Assembly: GCA_002269645.1 (NCBI GenBank)
Contig: NIVC01002208.1
Span: forward strand, 1 to 64,000
Origin: Macrostomum lignano
Taxonomy: Eukaryota
DNA: 64,000 bases
Direction: 5' to 3'
Under the pieces are notes generated by a model. It worked only from the letters and a program-made list of their open reading frames with translations. It was not told the origin of the DNA and did not search any database. This document shows positions 61,825-64,000 of this stretch, in pieces. The first letter of the stretch is position 1. Every line of letters begins with the position of its first letter. A program made the position numbers and the translations under genes.

Positions 61825-63590
61825 CCATTGAGCCAACTGGCATCTCAGCAACTCCCCATTGAGCCAACTGGCATCTCAGCAACTCCCCCATTGAGCCAAC
61901 TGGCATCTCAGCAACTCCCCCATTGAGCCAATTGGCATCTCAGCAACTCCCCCATTGAGCCAATTGGCATCTCAGCAACTCCCCCATTGAGCCAATTGGC
62001 ATCTCAGCAACTCCCCCATTGAGCCAATTGGCATCTCAGCAACTCCCCCATTGAGCCAATTGGCATCTCAGCAACTCCCCCATTGAGCCAATTGGCATCT
62101 CAGCAACTCCCCCATTGAGCCAATTGGCATCTCAGCAACTCCCCCATTGAGCCAATTGGCATCTCAGCAACTCCCCCATTGAGCCAATTGGCATCTCAGC
62201 AACTCCCCCATTGAGCCAATTGGCATCTCAGCAACTCCCCCATTGAGCCAATTGGCATCTCAGCAACTCCCCCATTGAGCCAATTGGCATCTCAGCAACT
62301 CCCCCATTGAGCCAATTGGCATCTCAGCAACTCCCCATTGAGCCAATTGGTATCTCAGCAACTCCCCCCATTGAACCAATCGGCATCTCAGCAACTCCCC
62401 CATTGAACCAATTGGCATCTCAGCAACTCCCCCATTGAGCCAATTGGCATCTCAGCAACTCCACATTGAGCCAATTGGTATCTCAGCAACTCCCCCCATT
62501 GAACCAATCGGCATCTCAGCAACTCCCCCATTGAGCCAATTGGCATCTCAGCAACTCCCCCATTGAGCCAATTGGCATCTCAGCAACTCCCCCATTGAGC
62601 CAATTGGCATCTCAGCAACTCCCCATTGAGCCAATTGGCATCTCAGCAACTCCCCCATTGAGCCAATTGGCATCTCAGCAACTCCCCCATTGAGCCAATT
62701 GGCATCTCAGCAACTCCCCCATTGAGCCAATTGGCATCTCAGCAACTCCCCCATTGAGCCAATTGGCATCTCAGCAACTCCCCCATTGAGCCAATTGGCA
62801 TCTCAGCAACTCCCCCATTGAGCCAATTGGCATCTCAGCAACTCCCCCATTGAGCCAATTGGCATCTCAGCAACTCCCCCATTGAGCCAATTGGCATCTC
62901 AGCAACTCCCCCATTGAGCCAATTGGCATCTCAGCAACTCCCCCATTGAGCCAATTGGCATCTCAGCAACTCCCCCATTGAGCCAATTGGCATCTCAGCA
63001 ACTCCCCCATTGAGCCAATTGGCATCTCAGCAACTCCCCCATTGAACCAATTGGCATCTCAGCAACTCCCCCATTGAGCCAATTGGCATCTCAGCAACTC
63101 CACATTGAGCCAATTGGCATCTCAGCAACTCCCCCATTGAACCAATTGGCATCTCAGCAACTCCCCCATTGAACCAATTGGCATCTCAGCAACTCCCCCA
63201 TTGAACCAATTGGCATCTCAGCAACTCCCCATTGAGCCAATTGGCATCTCAGCAACTCCACATTGAGCCAATTGGCATCTCAGCAACTCCCCCATTGAAC
63301 CAATTGGCATCTCAGCAACTCCCCCATTGAACCAATTGGCATCTCAGCAACTCCCCATTGAGCCAATTGGCATCTCAGCAACTCCCCCATTGAACCAATT
63401 GGCATCTCAGCAACTCCCCCATTGAGCCAATTGGCATCTCAGCAACTCCACATTGAGCCAATTGGCATCTCAGCAACTCCCCCATTGAACCAATTGGCAT
63501 CTCAGCAACTCCCCCATTGAACCAATTGGCATCTCAGCAACTCCCCCATTGAACCAATTGGCATCTCAGCAACTCCCCCATTGAGCCTTT
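61825..63590. repeat. 32-bp satellite (about 55 units)
   Basis: Unit CCCCCATTGAGCCAATTGGCATCTCAGCAACT. Confidence 0.97.
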
Positions 63591-63741
63591 GCATCTCAGC
63601 AACTCGGACCCCTTGCCCGAACTCTCAGCCCATAGTAACGGGGCTGCAGGATGGGGGATCCGGGCACTTACACAATCGCAACTCACAAACTATAGGCTTA
63701 AAAACTCCCAAAAGGTCTGTAAATTTTCTAACCAAAAAGCT

Positions 63742-63748
63742 AAAAAAA
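63742..63748 (-). terminator. RNA polymerase III terminator (T7) of the tRNA-Cys gene
   Basis: A7 on the + strand, 5 nt beyond the tRNA discriminator base. Confidence 0.75.
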
Positions 63749-63753
63749 TTGCG

Positions 63754-63825
63754 AGGGGGCACTCAGATTTGAACCAAGGACCTCTCGATCTGCAGTCGAA
63801 TGCTCTACCACTGAGCTATGCCCCC
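63754..63825 (-). tRNA. tRNA-Cys-GCA: tRNA-Cys (anticodon GCA), 72 nt, intronless
   Basis: GGGGGCATAGCTCAGTGGTAGAGCATTCGACTGCAGATCGAGAGGTCCTTGGTTCAAATCTGAGTGCCCCCT folds into a cloverleaf with all four stems paired and A and B boxes intact. Confidence 0.96.
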
Positions 63826-64000
63826 GTGTTGTAACAGCTGCGACTTTCGGCTATTAAACTTTATTAGAATAGTAAGCAGGAAGTATGCACAGCTGTCTAA
63901 CTTCTGTTGCAGTGCTTCAAGTTAAAAACACTGAGCCAACTGCTCACCCTGTAGTGGAGTGAAGTAGAGTTGTAGTGAGTGTACGCACAATGGGTTGTAC

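Overview
Eukaryotic, repeat-rich animal DNA with GT-AG introns, GC-rich exons, AT-rich spacers and TTAGGG. The style is consistent with a free-living flatworm such as Macrostomum; this is inference only. From left to right: (1) an intronless 2OG-Fe(II) oxygenase broken by three single-base indels in homopolymers; (2) a hAT-type MITE and a nested foldback + Mutator (MULE) transposon; (3) a same-strand run of three housekeeping genes, ELYS/AHCTF1 (14 exons, about 2217 aa), RPB9/POLR2I and DPM3, each with a splice acceptor just before its ATG and with introns and spacers filled by different minisatellites (candidate trans-spliced operon); (4) a DUR3-like Na+/solute symporter on the minus strand; (5) a 1.5-kb (TATC)n tract in a possible solo LTR; (6) three intronless genes for a secreted precursor I do not recognise (signal peptide, very acidic pro-region, 94-aa 8-Cys domain), whose otherwise diverged promoters share an 11-bp E-box element; (7) four copies of a tRNA-derived CORE-like SINE; (8) a 32-bp satellite and a tRNA-Cys(GCA). 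No CRISPR array or prokaryotic system is present. Gene models and coordinates were read by hand and no database searches were run.
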